A stretch of 64,000 nucleotides of DNA from Felis catus (taxonomy: Eukaryota). Positions 10,521 to 24,118 of the stretch are shown in pieces. The position numbers were made by a program, and so were the translations under genes. Position 1 is the stretch's first letter. The number at the start of each line of letters is the position of its first letter. The notes below the pieces were generated by a model, which did not search any database, was not told the DNA's origin, and saw only the letters and a program-made list of their open reading frames with translations. The stretch covers positions 124,124,001 to 124,188,000 of the forward strand of contig NC_058370.1 in the NCBI RefSeq assembly GCF_018350175.1, in the 5' to 3' direction.

Positions 10521-13500
10521 TAAGGCAAGGATCTGAGGGTAACTAGTTTGTGTGGATGGTGATCACAGGAAGAACTCGTAGGTGACAAGGGAGGTGGGAT
10601 GTGGAGAGGAAAGAGGGGAGGGAAGGGAAGAGTTGGTTCATGAGCAGGGCTCTTCTGTGGGCAGCTGGGCCTCCCTCCCACTGAGGATCTCAGGGGAAGA
10701 GCCTCGAGCAAGCCCAAGGTTGTAAGAAAGCTGGGTTTTATAACCTTCCTTGATTGACGACTGCTCCCAGGGGTGATGACCACCCGGCACTTACAACCTG
10801 CCCCACTCCTACAACAGAGAAAGTTCCCCCAAAGTCCCAGGAGAATAAATAAACACTCAGTGACAAAAGGATATGGGGGACACTAGAAGCAAATGCTCCA
10901 GGAAAAAAACTGAGATTTATAGCACAACACCTTCTGCAAAGTAAAAGCACATCATGCAATTTAAACGGCTCTCCATACGTCTAAATGAAATTGTGGAAGA
11001 CAGTTTGGAAGTCCATGCATGAAATGCATGGAGTGCTGTTCTCATTACCTACTGTTCAGCCCATTGGTGAAGGAGGGATCCCCTGTACTAAATAGTATGA
11101 GTCCTGCACATACAACACCTGACACGGGACAGACAAGATGGACAGCAGTTTATTAATCATGTGTACTCACAGCCAGGGGGAAGACACTGCACATGACACA
11201 GGGCCATCCGGGGCTGCACTCGGGAGCACAGGGAACCCACAGAGTCTGTAGATAACATGCATTTATTAACTGAAGGGTGGGGTGCCCCTGGTCTCCAAGG
11301 GAGAATGTGATTGGCTTGTTTGAATAATTCCACAGGCTGGCTGGGAGGTGAAACCATTAGATGGAGAACCAAATGGGGAGCAGCTGGTCCAGCTGGGAGG
11401 GGGACTAGACAGGAGGAGAGACTTTCCCGCTGGGTGGGGACATGTCTGATAAGAGCAAGGTGGGGCTCTGTGAAGCTCAGAGAAGTCAAGGCAGCACACA
11501 GCATTTCAGGCCTTGCAATACAAGCAGGTTCCTGCAGAGGGAGAGAATGGGACAGAGATGGAGGGAAAAAATAAAACGAAAGGCCTTTGTGCTAGTGTGA
11601 CATGAACTGGGGGCATATGTATACTTCAATTCTGTAAACTTGAGGCCCTCAGAAATAAATAATATTATTAAAAACAACAACAAGGAGCAAGAAAGAATGG
11701 GGTTTGGACTGGGGGAAGGGATGGGCTAGGCTCTCAAATACAACAAGGCTACAGGCCAGGGGCCTGTGTTCTCAGCAGAACAGAAAATGCTATTTGTTAC
11801 AAACTGTCCTGGGAATGATTGCCCACTGAGATAACAAGAATAGAGGCAAATAAAACTTCAAACAGAGTTTAATGGCTAAGCTTAGCCAGTTGGGTGGTAA
11901 GGCCGGCTGCTCTGTGTGTGAGCAGCGTGGAGTGAGTGGGCAGGTGGACTGAGGGGCTGCAACACGGCTCAAACTTGTTTTCTCTGTCACTCAGACACTT
12001 TCCCCTGGAGAAATGTTAGTGTTACCTTCTGGGGTCCACAGGGAGCACTGAGAAGACCTGGACACCTAATAAAATATAAGGAGGCAGGTTGTGATCACGA
12101 AGCTTCTAGACGCCAGGGCTTTTCAGAAACTTTGACAGGGACAGGCTGACATCAGCCACTGCAGATACCTCGGCCGGTCGGTAGCACTGACAAGGGGGTA
12201 ACGAAAGGAGTGTGGATCATCACAGCACCATCTGAGATCCAGCAGGAAGCCAAGTTCAGTCTGCTACACCCACAGGTCTAGAGTCCCCAGATCAGATAGA
12301 AAAACCAACTTTTCTATCAAGGGAGCCCCGCCAACAAGAAATAAGTGGTCAATCAGGCTGAAGTGAAGGATTTTCATGGAGCCCATACCCAAACACGTGG
12401 GATGGTTTCCTCCCTCTTGCTAGCTGTGAGCAATGAGACAGACTTATGGTGAAGTGATTGTTTTTTAAGGACGTTAAGATGGTTCCCAGTGACATACTAC
12501 CTCCACCCACAAAACAGACTCCATTATTCATTCATTCACTTGACATGTGTATATAGCATACTCATTTGCCTATCTTATAATAGGGAAATGAAACAATATC
12601 ATTCATGGTTCTTAGTGTAGAAGGAGGCGGGGGGAGCAGAGAGATCATAATAAAACAATGACCACACATACATGCACACATACAGTTGTCACCAAGCCCA
12701 AAATCAGCAGAGAAATTAGATTCTGTGGGAGTCTGAAGGTGGGCCTCAGGGTCAGGAGCTCAGGGAGATGGAAGGAGAAGGAATACATTCTAGCACAGTC
12801 CCATTCTAGAATATGTAGGATCCCATAAAAGAGCTGTTCTGGATTGAGAGACACTCACATTCATATTCAGCCAGTAGGCATTCATTTATCACTGGCTCTG
12901 GATTGAGTCCATACCTGCAATGGTGATATGACTCTGTGAGCACACCAATCTTTCAGAGGATGCATAAACAGTCCTAACTCGGATGATCTGGTGCAAAGTT
13001 CAAAGTTACCCAGTGAAGGTGCTCTTAACTCCACCCAGGGGGGATTCAACTATACCCCAGAACCCCAAGACACTTCTCCCCCTAAGAGGCCCAGCCATAC
13101 AGAAACACTGAATCTTGGAAAGGGCTCCAGGATAGAAAAGAGCCAGTTATCACCCAATTTCCCTGTGCTCCATATCTGTAGCAGCTGTAGGCCTGGTTCA
13201 CAGCCTCAGGGATAAACTGCTAGCCAACTGCTCTTGGCCCATAGGCCCTGAGAGTCAGGGGGTATGTGTAGCAGGTCCTATCTCTTCCATTGAGGTGCCT
13301 CAGCCAAGCCACCACCACTTGAACTTCACTCTGCCCAGCCCAGCTCAAAGGGCATTATGAGGTTCCGATGAGGAAATAGGAAAACAAATTCTTTGTTAAA
13401 TGCAAAGTTCACACACACCTGAATGGTTAGAAGCAGCCATACAAAGCCAGAAACCCTAAGGACACAATAGGTGGGAAAACAGCTAAGGAAACATAGGCAT

Positions 13501-14218
13501 TCTTCTCTACCTAATGCCACCCCTATTCTGTCCCTGTCTCTATTCCAACACCCAGGCAGATGACTGCTTCTAGCCAGGAGATAGTCCTGCTCAAGGTAAT
13601 ATGAAATAGTACTTCCCCTCTGCTGACCTGGGGCACAGGAGAAATGGAGAGGCAGGAAAACAAGAATGACCTGCTAGGGGAGCCAAAGACTCATCTTAGT
13701 GAAGATTTCCAAATTTAATCTCTGATAAAAGGAAATGGTCAGGACCAGATGTGCACCTTGTTTGTGTAGATTGTTCCCTATCTTAATGGAGCAGAAGAGA
13801 AGCTTCAAACACTGAAGATGGAGGAGGAGAGGGGAGAGGAAGCTAAAAATACTAAAAAGCAGTCTGAATAGGTGAATCTCCTGCTAACTTGTCTCCTTTT
13901 CTTTATTATGGAACAAGGTTTATCCCCTATCCAGCCTTGAGTTAGACGGTCAAAAAATAAAAATACTTGAATCTCTCAATCTTAGGAGGAGACTTAAACA
14001 AGTGGAGGTGATGGGGTGCAGAGTACATTTGTATGCAGAAAAGACTGGCAGAGTATATGTCAAACCCTAGCATTGTTCCATTTAGGGAGACAAACTTTCT
14101 AAATGACTGTGTGAAACTTTCTAAAATACCAAAATTTGGCATTTTGTGGCACTTTTTCTCAGAATAACAGTAGATTCTTCACATAAATGGAAACATAAAG
14201 TGCTATTTAAGGGTGGTC

Positions 14219-15480
14219 AAAATTGAAAGAAATTGAAGATGACACAAACAAAGAGAAAAGATATTCCATGCTCATGGGCTGGGAGAATAAATATAATTAA
14301 AATATTTATAGTACCCAAAGCAATCTACAGACTTAATGGAATCCCTATCAAAATACAAAAAGCATTTTTCACAGGGCTAGAACAATCTTAATATTTGTAT
14401 GGAACCATGAAAGACCCAAAGCAATCTTGAAAAAAAGGAACAAAATTGGAAGTATCCCAATCTTANNNNNNNNNNNNNNNNNNNNNNNNNNNNNNNNNNN
14501 NNNNNNNNNNNNNNNNNNNNNNNNNNNNNNNNNNNNNNNNNNNNNNNNNNNNNNNNNNNNNNNNNNNNNNNNNNNNNNNNNNNNNNNNNNNNNNNNNNNN
14601 NNNNNGCCAATTAATCTTTGACATTGGAGGCAAAATATGCAATGGGAAAAGATAGTCTCTTCAACAGATGATGTTGAGAAAACTAGAAAGTCACATGCAA
14701 AAAAACTGGACCACTCTCTTACACCATACACAAAAATAAACTCAAAATGGATTGAAGACCTAAATGTGAGACCTGAAACCATAAAAATCCTAGAAAATAA
14801 CACAGGCAGTAATTTCTCTGACATCAGCCATAGCAACACCTTTCTAGATATGTTTCCTGAGGCAAGGGAAACAAAAGCAAAAATAAACTATTGGGACTAC
14901 ACCAAAATAAAAAAACTTCTACACAGTAAAGGAAACAATCAACAAAACTAAAAGGCAACCTATTGAATGAGAGAAGATATTTGCAAATGACATATCCAAT
15001 AAGGTGTTAGTATCCAAAATATATAAGGAACTTACACAACTCAACACCCCCAAACAAATNNNNNNNNNNNNNNNNNNNNNNNNNNNNNNNNNNNNNNNNN
15101 NNNNNNNNNNNNNNNNNNNNNNNNNNNNNNNNNNNNNNNNNNNNNNNNNNNNNNNNNNNNNNNNNNNNNNNNNNNNNNNNNNNNNNNNNNNNNNNNNNNN
15201 NNNNNNNNNNNNNNNNNNNNNNNNNNNNNNNNCTNNNNNNNNNNNNNNNNNNNNNNNNNNNNNNNNNNNNNNNNNNNNNNNNNNNNNNNNNNNNNNNNNN
15301 NNNNNNNNNNNNNNNNNNNNNNNNNNNNNNNNNNNNNNNNNNNNNNNNNNNNNNNNNNNNNNNNNNNNNNTTGAAAATATATACACACCCCCATGTTTAC
15401 TGCAGCATTATTTATAATAGCCAAGATATGAACACAGCCCAAGTTGTCTATTGATAGATGAATGGATAAACATGATGTGG
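14219..15480 (+). mobile_element. Carnivore-age LINE-1, 5'-truncated, left part (ORF2 3' half)
   Basis: ORF2-like peptides (14637-14951 '[27 protein letters not shown]'). Continues at 17777 after a nested SINE and L1. Confidence 0.93.
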
Positions 15481-15481
15481 T

Positions 15482-17776
15482 GGGGCACCTAGGTGTCTCT
15501 GTAGGTTGAGCATCCAACTTTTTTAAAATTTATTTACAGGATTCTTTTTATTTTATTTATTTATTTGCTTTAATATAATTTATTATCAAGTTAGCTAACA
15601 TACAGTGTATACGGTGTGCTCTTGGCTCCAGGAGTAGATTCCCATGATTCATCACTTACATACAACACCCAGTGCTCATCCCAACAAGTGCCCTCCTCAA
15701 TGCCCATCACCCATTTTCCCCTCTCCCCTGCACCCCCTTCAACTCTCAGTTTGTTCTCTGTATTTGAGTATCTCTTATGGTTTGCCTCCCTCTCTGTTTA
15801 AAACTATTTTTTCCCCTTTCCTTCCCCCATGGTCTTCTGTTAAGTTTCTCAAATTTCACATATGAGTGGAAACATGTNNNNNNNNNNNNNNNNNNNNNNN
15901 NNNNNNNNNNNNNNNNNNNNNNNNNNNNNNNNNNNNNNNNNNNNNNNNNNNNNNNNNNNNNNNNNNNNNNNNNNNNNNNNNNNNNNNNNNNNNNNNNNNN
16001 NNNNNNNNNNNNNNNNNNNNNNNNNNNNNNNNNNNNNNNNNNNNNNNNNNNNNNNNNNNGCTATTGTTGAAAGCATTGCTATAAACATTGGTGTACATGG
16101 GCCCTTATGAACCAGCACTCCTGTATCCCTTGGGTAAATTCCTACCAGTGCTATTGCTGGGTCATAGGGTAGATCTATTTTTAATTTTTTTAAGAACCTC
16201 CACACTGTTTTCAAGAGTGGCTGCACCATTTTGCATTCCCACCAACAGTGCAAGAGGGTTCCCATTTCTCCACATCCTCTCCAGCATCTATAGTCTCCTG
16301 ATTTGTTCATTTTANNNNNNNNNNNNNNNNNNNNNNNNNNNNNNNNNNNNNNNNNNNNNNNNNNNNNNNNNNNNNNNNNNNNNNNNNNNNNNNNNNNNNN
16401 NNNNNNNNNNNNNNNNNNNNNNNNNNNNNNNNNNNNNNNNNNNNNNNNNNNNNNNNNNNNNNNNNNNNNNNNNNTTGTTTTTTGGGTGTTGAGTTTGGTA
16501 AGTTCTTTATAGATTTTGGATACTCTTTATCCAATATGTCATTTGCAAATATCTTCCCCCATTCCATCAGTCACCTGTTAATTTTGTTGATTGTTTCCTT
16601 TGCTGTGCTGAGCTCTTTATCTTGAGGGGTCCCAATAGTTCATTTTTGCCTTTACTTCCCTTGCCTTTGGAGACATATTGAGTAAGAAGTTGCTGCAGCT
16701 AAGGTCAAAGAGGTTGTTGCCTGTTTTCTCCTCTAGGGTTTTGATGGTTTCCTGTCTCACATTTAGGTCTTTCATCCATTTTGAGTTCATTTTTGTATAT
16801 GGTGTAAGAAAGTGGTTCAGTTTCATTCTTCTGCATGTTTCTGTCCAGTTCTCCCAGCACAATTTGCTGAAGAGACTGTCTTTTGTCCATTGGATACTCT
16901 TCCCTGCTTTGTCAAAGATTAGTTGGCCATACATTTGTGGGTCCAATTCTGGGGTCTTTATTCTATTCCATTGGTCTATGTGACTGTTCTTGTGCCAATA
17001 CCATACTATCTTGATGATTACAGCTTTGTAGTAGAGGCTAAAGTCTGGGATTGTGATGCCTCTCACTTTGGTTTTCTTTTTCAACATTACTTTGGCTATT
17101 TGAGCTCTTTTGTGGTTCCATACAAATTTTAGGATTGTTTGTTCTAGCTCTNNNNNNNNNNNNNNNNNNNNNNNNNNNNNNNNNNNNNNNNNNNNNNNNN
17201 NNNNNNNNNNNNNNNNNNNNNNNNNNNNNNNNNNNNNNNNNNNNNNNNNNNNNNNNNNNNNNNNNNNNNNNNNNNNNNNNNNNNNNNNNNNNNNNNNNNN
17301 NNNNNNNNNNNNNNNNNNNNNNNNNNNNNNNNNNNNNNNNNNNNNNNGGTTTATTCCTACATATTTTATGGTTCTTGGTAAATGGAATTGATTGTAAATG
17401 GGATCAATTTCTTGATTTCTCTTTCTGTTGCTTCATCATTGGTGTATAGAAATTAAACCGATTTCTGTACATTAATTTTGTATCCTGCGACTTTGCTAAT
17501 TCATGTATCAGTTCTAGCAGCTTTTAGACATAGTCTTTCGGGTTTTCTATGTAGAGTATCGTGTCCTCTGCGAGGAATGAAAGTTTGACTTCTTCTTTGC
17601 CAATTTGTAGAGCATCTGACTTTTTACTTCAGGTCAGGTCATGATCCTAGAGTTGTGGGATTGAGCCCCGTGTTGAGCTCTGTACTGAGCATGGAGCCTA
17701 CTTGAGATTCTCTCTTCTCTCTGTCTCTCTCTCTCTTCCTCTGCCCCTCTTCCCCACTGGAGCTTGCTCACTCTCA
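15482..17776 (+). mobile_element. Can-SINE split by an L1 insertion (head 15482-15523, body 17610-17776)
   Basis: Head ggggcacctaggtgtctctgtaggttgagcatccaact; body resumes gagcatctgact...caggtcatgatcctagagttgtgggattgagcccc with a CT tract. Confidence 0.88.
15524..17609 (-). mobile_element. Younger felid LINE-1, 5'-truncated (~2.1 kb)
   Basis: T-rich tail at left, 3' UTR, ORF2 C-terminal peptides (15849-16310, 16617-17087). TSD gagcatcyracttttt at 15508-15523 and 17610-17625. Confidence 0.95.
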
Positions 17777-18368
17777 AGGGGATATTAGCCATAAAAAATG
17801 AAATCTTGTCATTTGCAATAACATGAATGTATCTAGAGAGTATAATTCTAAGCAAAATAAGTTAGAGAAAGACAAATACCATATGATTTCACTCATGTGG
17901 AATTAGGAAACAAAACAAATGAACAAAGAAAAAAAGAGACAAACGAAAAAACAGACTCTTTTTTTTAAATGTTCATCTATTTTTGAGAGAGAGACAGAGT
18001 GTAAGTGGGGGAGGGGCCGAGAGAAGGGGAGACACAGAATCTGAAGCAGGTGCCAGCATCTGAGCTGTCAGCACAGAGCCCAATGTGGGGCTGGAACTCA
18101 CAAGGTGTGAGATCATGACTTGCACTGAAGCCAGATGCTTAACCGACTGAGCCACCCAGGTGACTCTTAAGTATACTCTTAACTATAGAGGACAGAGGGT
18201 TACCAGAGGGGAGGTGGGTGGAGGATGGGTCAACTAGGTGATGGGGATTCAAAGTACACTTAACATGATAAGCACTGAGTAATGTATAGAACTGTGGAAT
18301 CACTATATTGTACACCTGAAACTAATATAACACTGTATGTTAACTACGCTGGAATTAAAATGAAAAAA
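17777..18368 (+). mobile_element. Carnivore-age LINE-1 3' end (right part; SINE inserted at 17958-18163)
   Basis: 'gaaatcttgtcatttgcaataacatg...tgtacacctgaaactaatataacactgtatgttaac' followed by an A-rich tail. Confidence 0.93.
17958..18163 (-). mobile_element. Can-SINE
   Basis: Poly-T, GA tract, ending gactgagccacccaggtg; short TSD gactctt. Confidence 0.94.
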
Positions 18369-19971
18369 ACTAAAGTGTGATGAAAGCCATTTGTTTGGTC
18401 ACTACAAACAGGCATGGAGGTGTGCATGGGGTATCTCTGAGAAGACAGTAGACATGTGCAGGAGCTGGCACTGGGCACACTCAGAAGCCTTCCAAGCCGA
18501 GCAAAAGAAATAGAAAGGCAATCAATCACCAAAGAGGCAGATAACCAGAATGAGAAGTACAAGAGGGACTCATGATGGCAGGTCCCGAATACTGAATGAT
18601 ATCAATTAATGTGACACTATTGTTTTAAACTGGAAAGCCCTGTTCACCTGAGAAATGTTGCTGTTGTCATCACTAGTGGGGATGGGGAAGGAGCCCTCTC
18701 AAGGTCCAGGCATACAAAAGGGACAGAAACTCCGTCAGGTTTATAAAAGAACTGAACTGCTGCCCCAAATCAGGGAAATGGGAAATGGCAGCAACTGTCA
18801 TAAATACCAAAGAGCTAGAAGAACCTTACAGATCATTCTAATCCAGTCTCCTCATTTCCCAAGGAGGAATCAGGGACTCGGAGAAGCTTGGGCAAGTGCT
18901 GTGGTCACACGGCAAGCCCTGCTAGAGCCAGGACCAGGATCTCGGTGGCACAGAGCTCAGTGGCTCACACCTGTCATGGCTGGGGTGTGCCAGCCCCGCC
19001 AGCCACACAGCCCTGCTGTGCTGTGAGCACGCCTCCTTCAAAAGTCAGAGAGGCAGACCTGGATCCCAGGTAGCAAAAGCCCTTCTCACCCAGATTCTGA
19101 AGACAGTGCTGGACTCTCAGGAGACAGAACAGGGACAGAACTCCTTGCTTGAGGCTCAAACATGAGCTGGCATCTTCCTCTGGCCACAGGGTGAGGGTGT
19201 GTGTCAAGACAAGTGAGTGGACACTCCCGGATGCTTTTGTCATGCTAGCATCACATTCACTAGCACCTGGGCTCGGCCATGTAGCCCCTCACCCCAACTG
19301 CCCCTAGGCAGCCCCACAGCTCTAGTGGGTTTCCTCCCCAGAATGTGGGTATGGGAAAGAATTATGGAACCATGGGTAGAGGTGTGGGTGGAGTGAGGCA
19401 GAAAGGAAAGGTGGGGGAAAGTCTGGTTTATACAGATCCTACAGCAGGTTTGGATCCTTGCTCACCACTCAGGTGTGAAATTCACCTGTTTTTCTATGAC
19501 TTCATGTTTGAATCCCACTGCACAGGGGCGGCAGAAGCTTGGTCTCAAGCTCCTATTTTCTCCAGGACTGTGTATTCCAGGAAGCCCACTTAGGGCTAGG
19601 GGATGGGGTGGAAGGTCACTTAGAGACCATGCCGGCATCCTCCCTGCTGGTCATCAGGTTTCAGCCCACACAAGTGCTCAGCAGGACCCCTCATTCCAGG
19701 CAGAAATCCTTTAGATCTGACTATTCCATTAGCTTTCTTGTGCTGCCCATGAAGGCACAGGACTCATTTTATGCCCTGTTGGAGCAGGAGAGTCTTCCCA
19801 GATGGAATTGCCAACAGGTAGAGCACAGAACTCTCTATCAACCTTCCCTCACCCAGGAGGGCCCTTCCTAAAGAGGACAGGAGTGGTCATCTCTGCTCTT
19901 ATTGAGGATGTCCATCTCATCTAATCTTCATACAGAGGCCTTGCTTCTCCCTTAACAGTATCAGCTTCTCA

Positions 19972-20191
19972 GGAGACCTAGGTGGCTGAGTCCATTAAAT
20001 GTCTGGCTCTTGATTTCAGCTCAGGTCATGATCTCACAGCTTGTGAGTTTGAGCCTCTCATCAGCTCTATGCTGACAGAAAGGATCCTGCTTGGAATTCT
20101 CGCTCTCTCCCTCTCTCTCTGCCCCTTTCCAGCTCATGCTCTCTCTCTCTCTCTCTCTTTCAAAATAAATAAATAAACTTAAAAAAAAAAG
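19972..20191 (+). mobile_element. Can-SINE (first of tandem pair)
   Basis: SINE body, CT tract, A-tail; TSD agtatcagcttctcagg at 19957-19973 and 20192-20208. Confidence 0.94.
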
Positions 20192-20206
20192 AGTATCAGC
20201 TTCTCA

Positions 20207-20395
20207 GGGTGCCCGGGTGGCTCAGTCGGTTAAGTGTCCAACTCTTGATTTCAGCTCAGATCATGATGTCAGTTCGTGCTGGGCTCTGCACTGACAGTGT
20301 GGAACCTGCTTGGGATTCTCTCTCCCTCTCTGCCCCTCCCCCACTTGCACACACTCTGTCTCTCTCTCTAAATATATAAATAAACTTAAAAAAAG
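20207..20395 (+). mobile_element. Can-SINE (second of tandem pair)
   Basis: gggtgcccgggtggctcagtcggttaagtg head; followed by a diverged target copy agcatcggcttctgg at 20396-20410. Confidence 0.94.
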
Positions 20396-23389
20396 AGCAT
20401 CGGCTTCTGGAAACATATGTGAAGACAAGCCTTCCCCTTCTCTGTTTCCTGCTTTTCCCATGCCTTTCCTGAGGCACTGAGCACAGCACAGCCTAGTTGT
20501 TTAAATTGGCTGAGTGCGGAGGGAAGGGCCAAATAGATAACTACAGGGAGAAAAAAAAAACCACATAAGTCATAATGTTGCCATGTTATACATCCCATTC
20601 ATACGTATAGGATATGGATATGCAAGAAAATCCTTCATGTTTGCTGAATTTGTGCGTGGGATTATTACTGAAGAAGCTGAAAAGAAGTGGGAGAGATCAG
20701 GCACTTGGGTGAGATGGCATTAGATGTGAAATTCCTCTATTTCTGGTCTCTCCTCAGCAGTAGCGAAGCCCCAGTGTCATCTGGAGGCTGAGGGCAGGGA
20801 AAAGCAGGCATCCACAGGAATGTGGCAGACACACCTTGCAGTGCTTCTGGCCAAAAGGGTGCCCCTCTGAGATGACAAGTTACAAAAAGATGTCCTATCC
20901 TCTGCACTGACACAGTCTAGGACCAGAGAGCAAGGCCTGGCAAGCAGAGGAGGGCTGCATTCCAGCCAGACAAGCCCCTTCCCCACCCACGCCCCTTCCC
21001 CACCCTGGCCACACACTTTTAAGCCTCACACCAACCTCATGACTCTGAATGGGAGCCGGCTACTTTTCATTACAAAAAAAACCATGTTGTGTTTTAGATA
21101 AGATTTCAAGGGAACCTGTTGGAGGGCATGGCTCTATACTTAATAATCATGGGTAGTTAAGAAATTCAAAATAGAAAACACCAAGGTAATCAGACATCAG
21201 CTGTCTGAGTACTTGGTTTATGTTGGTCTGTTGTTTTTGTTAAAGAAGGGATCTCCACCTCTCAGGTAATGAGCCAAAGCTTGAGAACAAAACATTCAAA
21301 AAGTTCTATGCCCAAAAGCTTAGTTGCTACTATAAATGGTTTTCACGTGTTCTATATCTGCGCTCCTCAATGTCAACACCACGGGACACTCTATAGGGAA
21401 CACAGAACTTTAGAAATCGCCTCCCAAGGTTACCAAATGATAAACAAGAGGAGAGCAAAGACTAAAGTCGTTAAGCCAGCCTCTGCACATGCCCAATTTT
21501 CTGTTAACCCTGATCACATCTGAAGCCAAAGCTGCTTCTAATCAAAGGTGGTTGCATAGCTGTTATAATACTTTCCATATTGGACATTTTAACTAGTACG
21601 TGGTGTATCAGGAGGCCTGTGCATAAACAGACTGTCAAGTTGAGCAGATATGCTCTCTCTAAGGAAAGCCTACATAAAAAAGTTACGATAAACCTCCAAG
21701 AAACCTCCTTCCCTCACTCACAATGACCCAGTGGAACACTGCTGAGCAGGTTGCCAAGTTGACCCGATTGTAGGCTGCCGTTCATGCTATGGAAGTGAAC
21801 TGTTCAACTGAGGAGCTTTCTAGTATCATCTGAACCACAGAACATAAAAAATTACTATATGACTATTCCCCCATTTTTCCAAGGATGGTATAGAACTGGT
21901 ACCATTATGAATGCACACAAGAGAAATTAGTTCAGTATACACTCCTGAGGTTGCTAGACCATCAATCAATGAATGAAAATCCAGCAGAGTGTTACGGAGG
22001 GTGGGAGACACTGAACTGCAGAGTGTTTATGATCTGGTTGAGAAGGTTCTGGTTTTACACACATAACCAAGAAGGAAGAATGTACTCCGGCTGTGCAGAA
22101 TGGGCCCAGATGATAGGGTTACTTAGTGCGCCACCACACAGGAGGCAGCGTCTATTGTAAGGATGATGATGCTGGTGGTCAGCTCAGCTGTCATCTGGCC
22201 TCAAGTTCCTTCAGGATAGAAGACGAGAGAGAGGTGAACACTGTGCAAAATCATTTAGAAGGGACAGCAATCAAACCCTTTGAAAAGCATGACTAAGAAA
22301 TTTTGGAAAATGTGAGGGTGGGTTCAATGTCAATGAAGGATTAAGATAATTTTTCACAGAAGACACAGGGCCTGCCATGCCTTTGAAGGAAAATGTAATC
22401 AGCACCCGGCTATGGATTGTTTCCATGTGTTTATTTGTCAACAGCTTAATGAAATAATGCAAACACGGTGAGGATGTCCCAGCCCCAGATCTTCCAACTT
22501 GGGGTGCTAAGCAGCCCACCAGGCTTGAGGGAGCTGGGCTCTATTTCCTTCTCCTGCTCCAGAAAAGCCTTCAGCTCTCAGAGGCAGGTTGATAGGGTTT
22601 CACTTCAGCGGGGACTTTGCCTTTTCTCCTCAACAATACTTTTCTTGTTCTGCCCCAGCACACACAGAACTTGAATGCCTTCTCCCCTTTGCTGGGGCCT
22701 CCTTCTTTTATACATAAAATGGTACAAGTTCCCTGTCATCATAGGGTTGGGGAAAAGGGCTTTTCTAAAACAACTGGTGTGATAACAATTGATAGATCTA
22801 ATGTTTGCTCCATCCAGGGGTCAGCACTCTAACCCTTTGGTATCATGGAGAGGATGCTACATTGGCAATGCTGGGCTCTCAGACCTGGTAATAGGCTGAT
22901 CCAGGATAAGAAAACCAACATTGGCCATACTCATCGACTAAAACCTGTAATCATTTTTAAAATGTTTTGTAGTGAATTCGTTAGATTGTAAGGATGCTTT
23001 TATCTGAGACATGCTCCTTAAGTCAATCTCCTGAGGTAGTAGTGGGGGGAATAGAAAAATTATTCAGAATAATACAGAAAAAAAGCAAGCACAAGTTTGC
23101 CTGTCCAGCTCAATGTTTAGTTGTATGTAGGCCATAAATTAGAAAGAGGTTCTCACCTAGGGAAGGCCCAGTATTTTATGTCATCCTGATATTTCATAGG
23201 GAACATTTAATGAACTAAAACATGCTCCTTCTCCAAGGCCCTGATGACACAATTCCCATGTCTTTCCTGGTTGGCATGCTTCTTGTGCTCCATTATCAAC
23301 CATCTAAGGCTTTACAAACACCCAAAAATGTCTGTCCATTGCTAGGGAATGATTTCCCAATCTGCTTCTGAAAACCAGTCACTTTAAAT

Positions 23390-23670
23390 CTTCATTCATT
23401 GATTTATTCATTCATCCCTCATTCATTTGTCTATCCAAAATTACCTGAGGACTTTCTGTATGCCCTGAACAATGGTAGGCATCAGAAATAGATGTACCGA
23501 CCTCAGCGAACATACAGTCCAGTGGCTGAGGCAGAGGTTAACAGATGATTATGGCAGATGCAAAGAAATTAAATGGCAGAAGGGCATGCAGAGGGGACAC
23601 AGAGGAGGGGTTGTGAAGTTCACTCTGTCAGGGATAAGAAGACCTCACAGAGAGGGGAAGAGGAGCAGGA
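23390..23670 (-). mobile_element. L2 3' end
   Basis: (ttca)n-like terminus followed by typical antisense L2 3' sequence. Confidence 0.65.
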
Positions 23671-24118
23671 ACTATCCAGAGAACCGTCAGTCATTCCCAG
23701 GAGTTTTGATTTTCCTATTCCCCATTGGACCTAACCATACAACAGTTATAATTGTAAGGATTCTAAACCCTCAAAAATCCTTCCCTAAGATGCCAACAGT
23801 TATTGCCAGGCTGGCTGACTATAGCCACGGTGCTCTGGCATTGGCAAACTGTTGCTGGCTGTTCAGTCGCAAGGCCCTGAGTCAGCCAATCCCAGAGAAG
23901 AACTCTTGTAGGCCCACCCTCGTTCTACAAAGATCTCCACTTGTGACAGGACCTATGTATTCTCAGTCATTGTATGGCTGTATTAATATCGGTTATTGTT
24001 CAATTTAGAAAAGAAACAAGTGGGGCTCTGTGGGCCTTTCCTCAGCTCCTACTCCTGCCCACATTTGTCCTTTGGCCTCCTTCCCCTCCCCTCTAGGCTG
24101 TTGAAAGTCTTCACTTTC

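Noticed and set aside
14637-17087. ORF2-like peptides (also 34552-34878, 49665-50638)
   Set aside because: Fragments of truncated, interrupted L1s; not intact CDS.
18590-18655. Possible C/D-box snoRNA (tgaatgat...cctga)
   Set aside because: No canonical RTGATGA C box, no terminal stem and no recognisable antisense element.
18959-18975. Alu/7SL-like 'cagtggctcacacctgt'
   Set aside because: Similarity ends after ~17 nt, and Alu is absent from carnivores; chance match.
20605-20676. 72-nt minus-strand exon candidate with strong acceptor
   Set aside because: Weak donor (tac|gtatga) and unrecognisable peptides; chance level.
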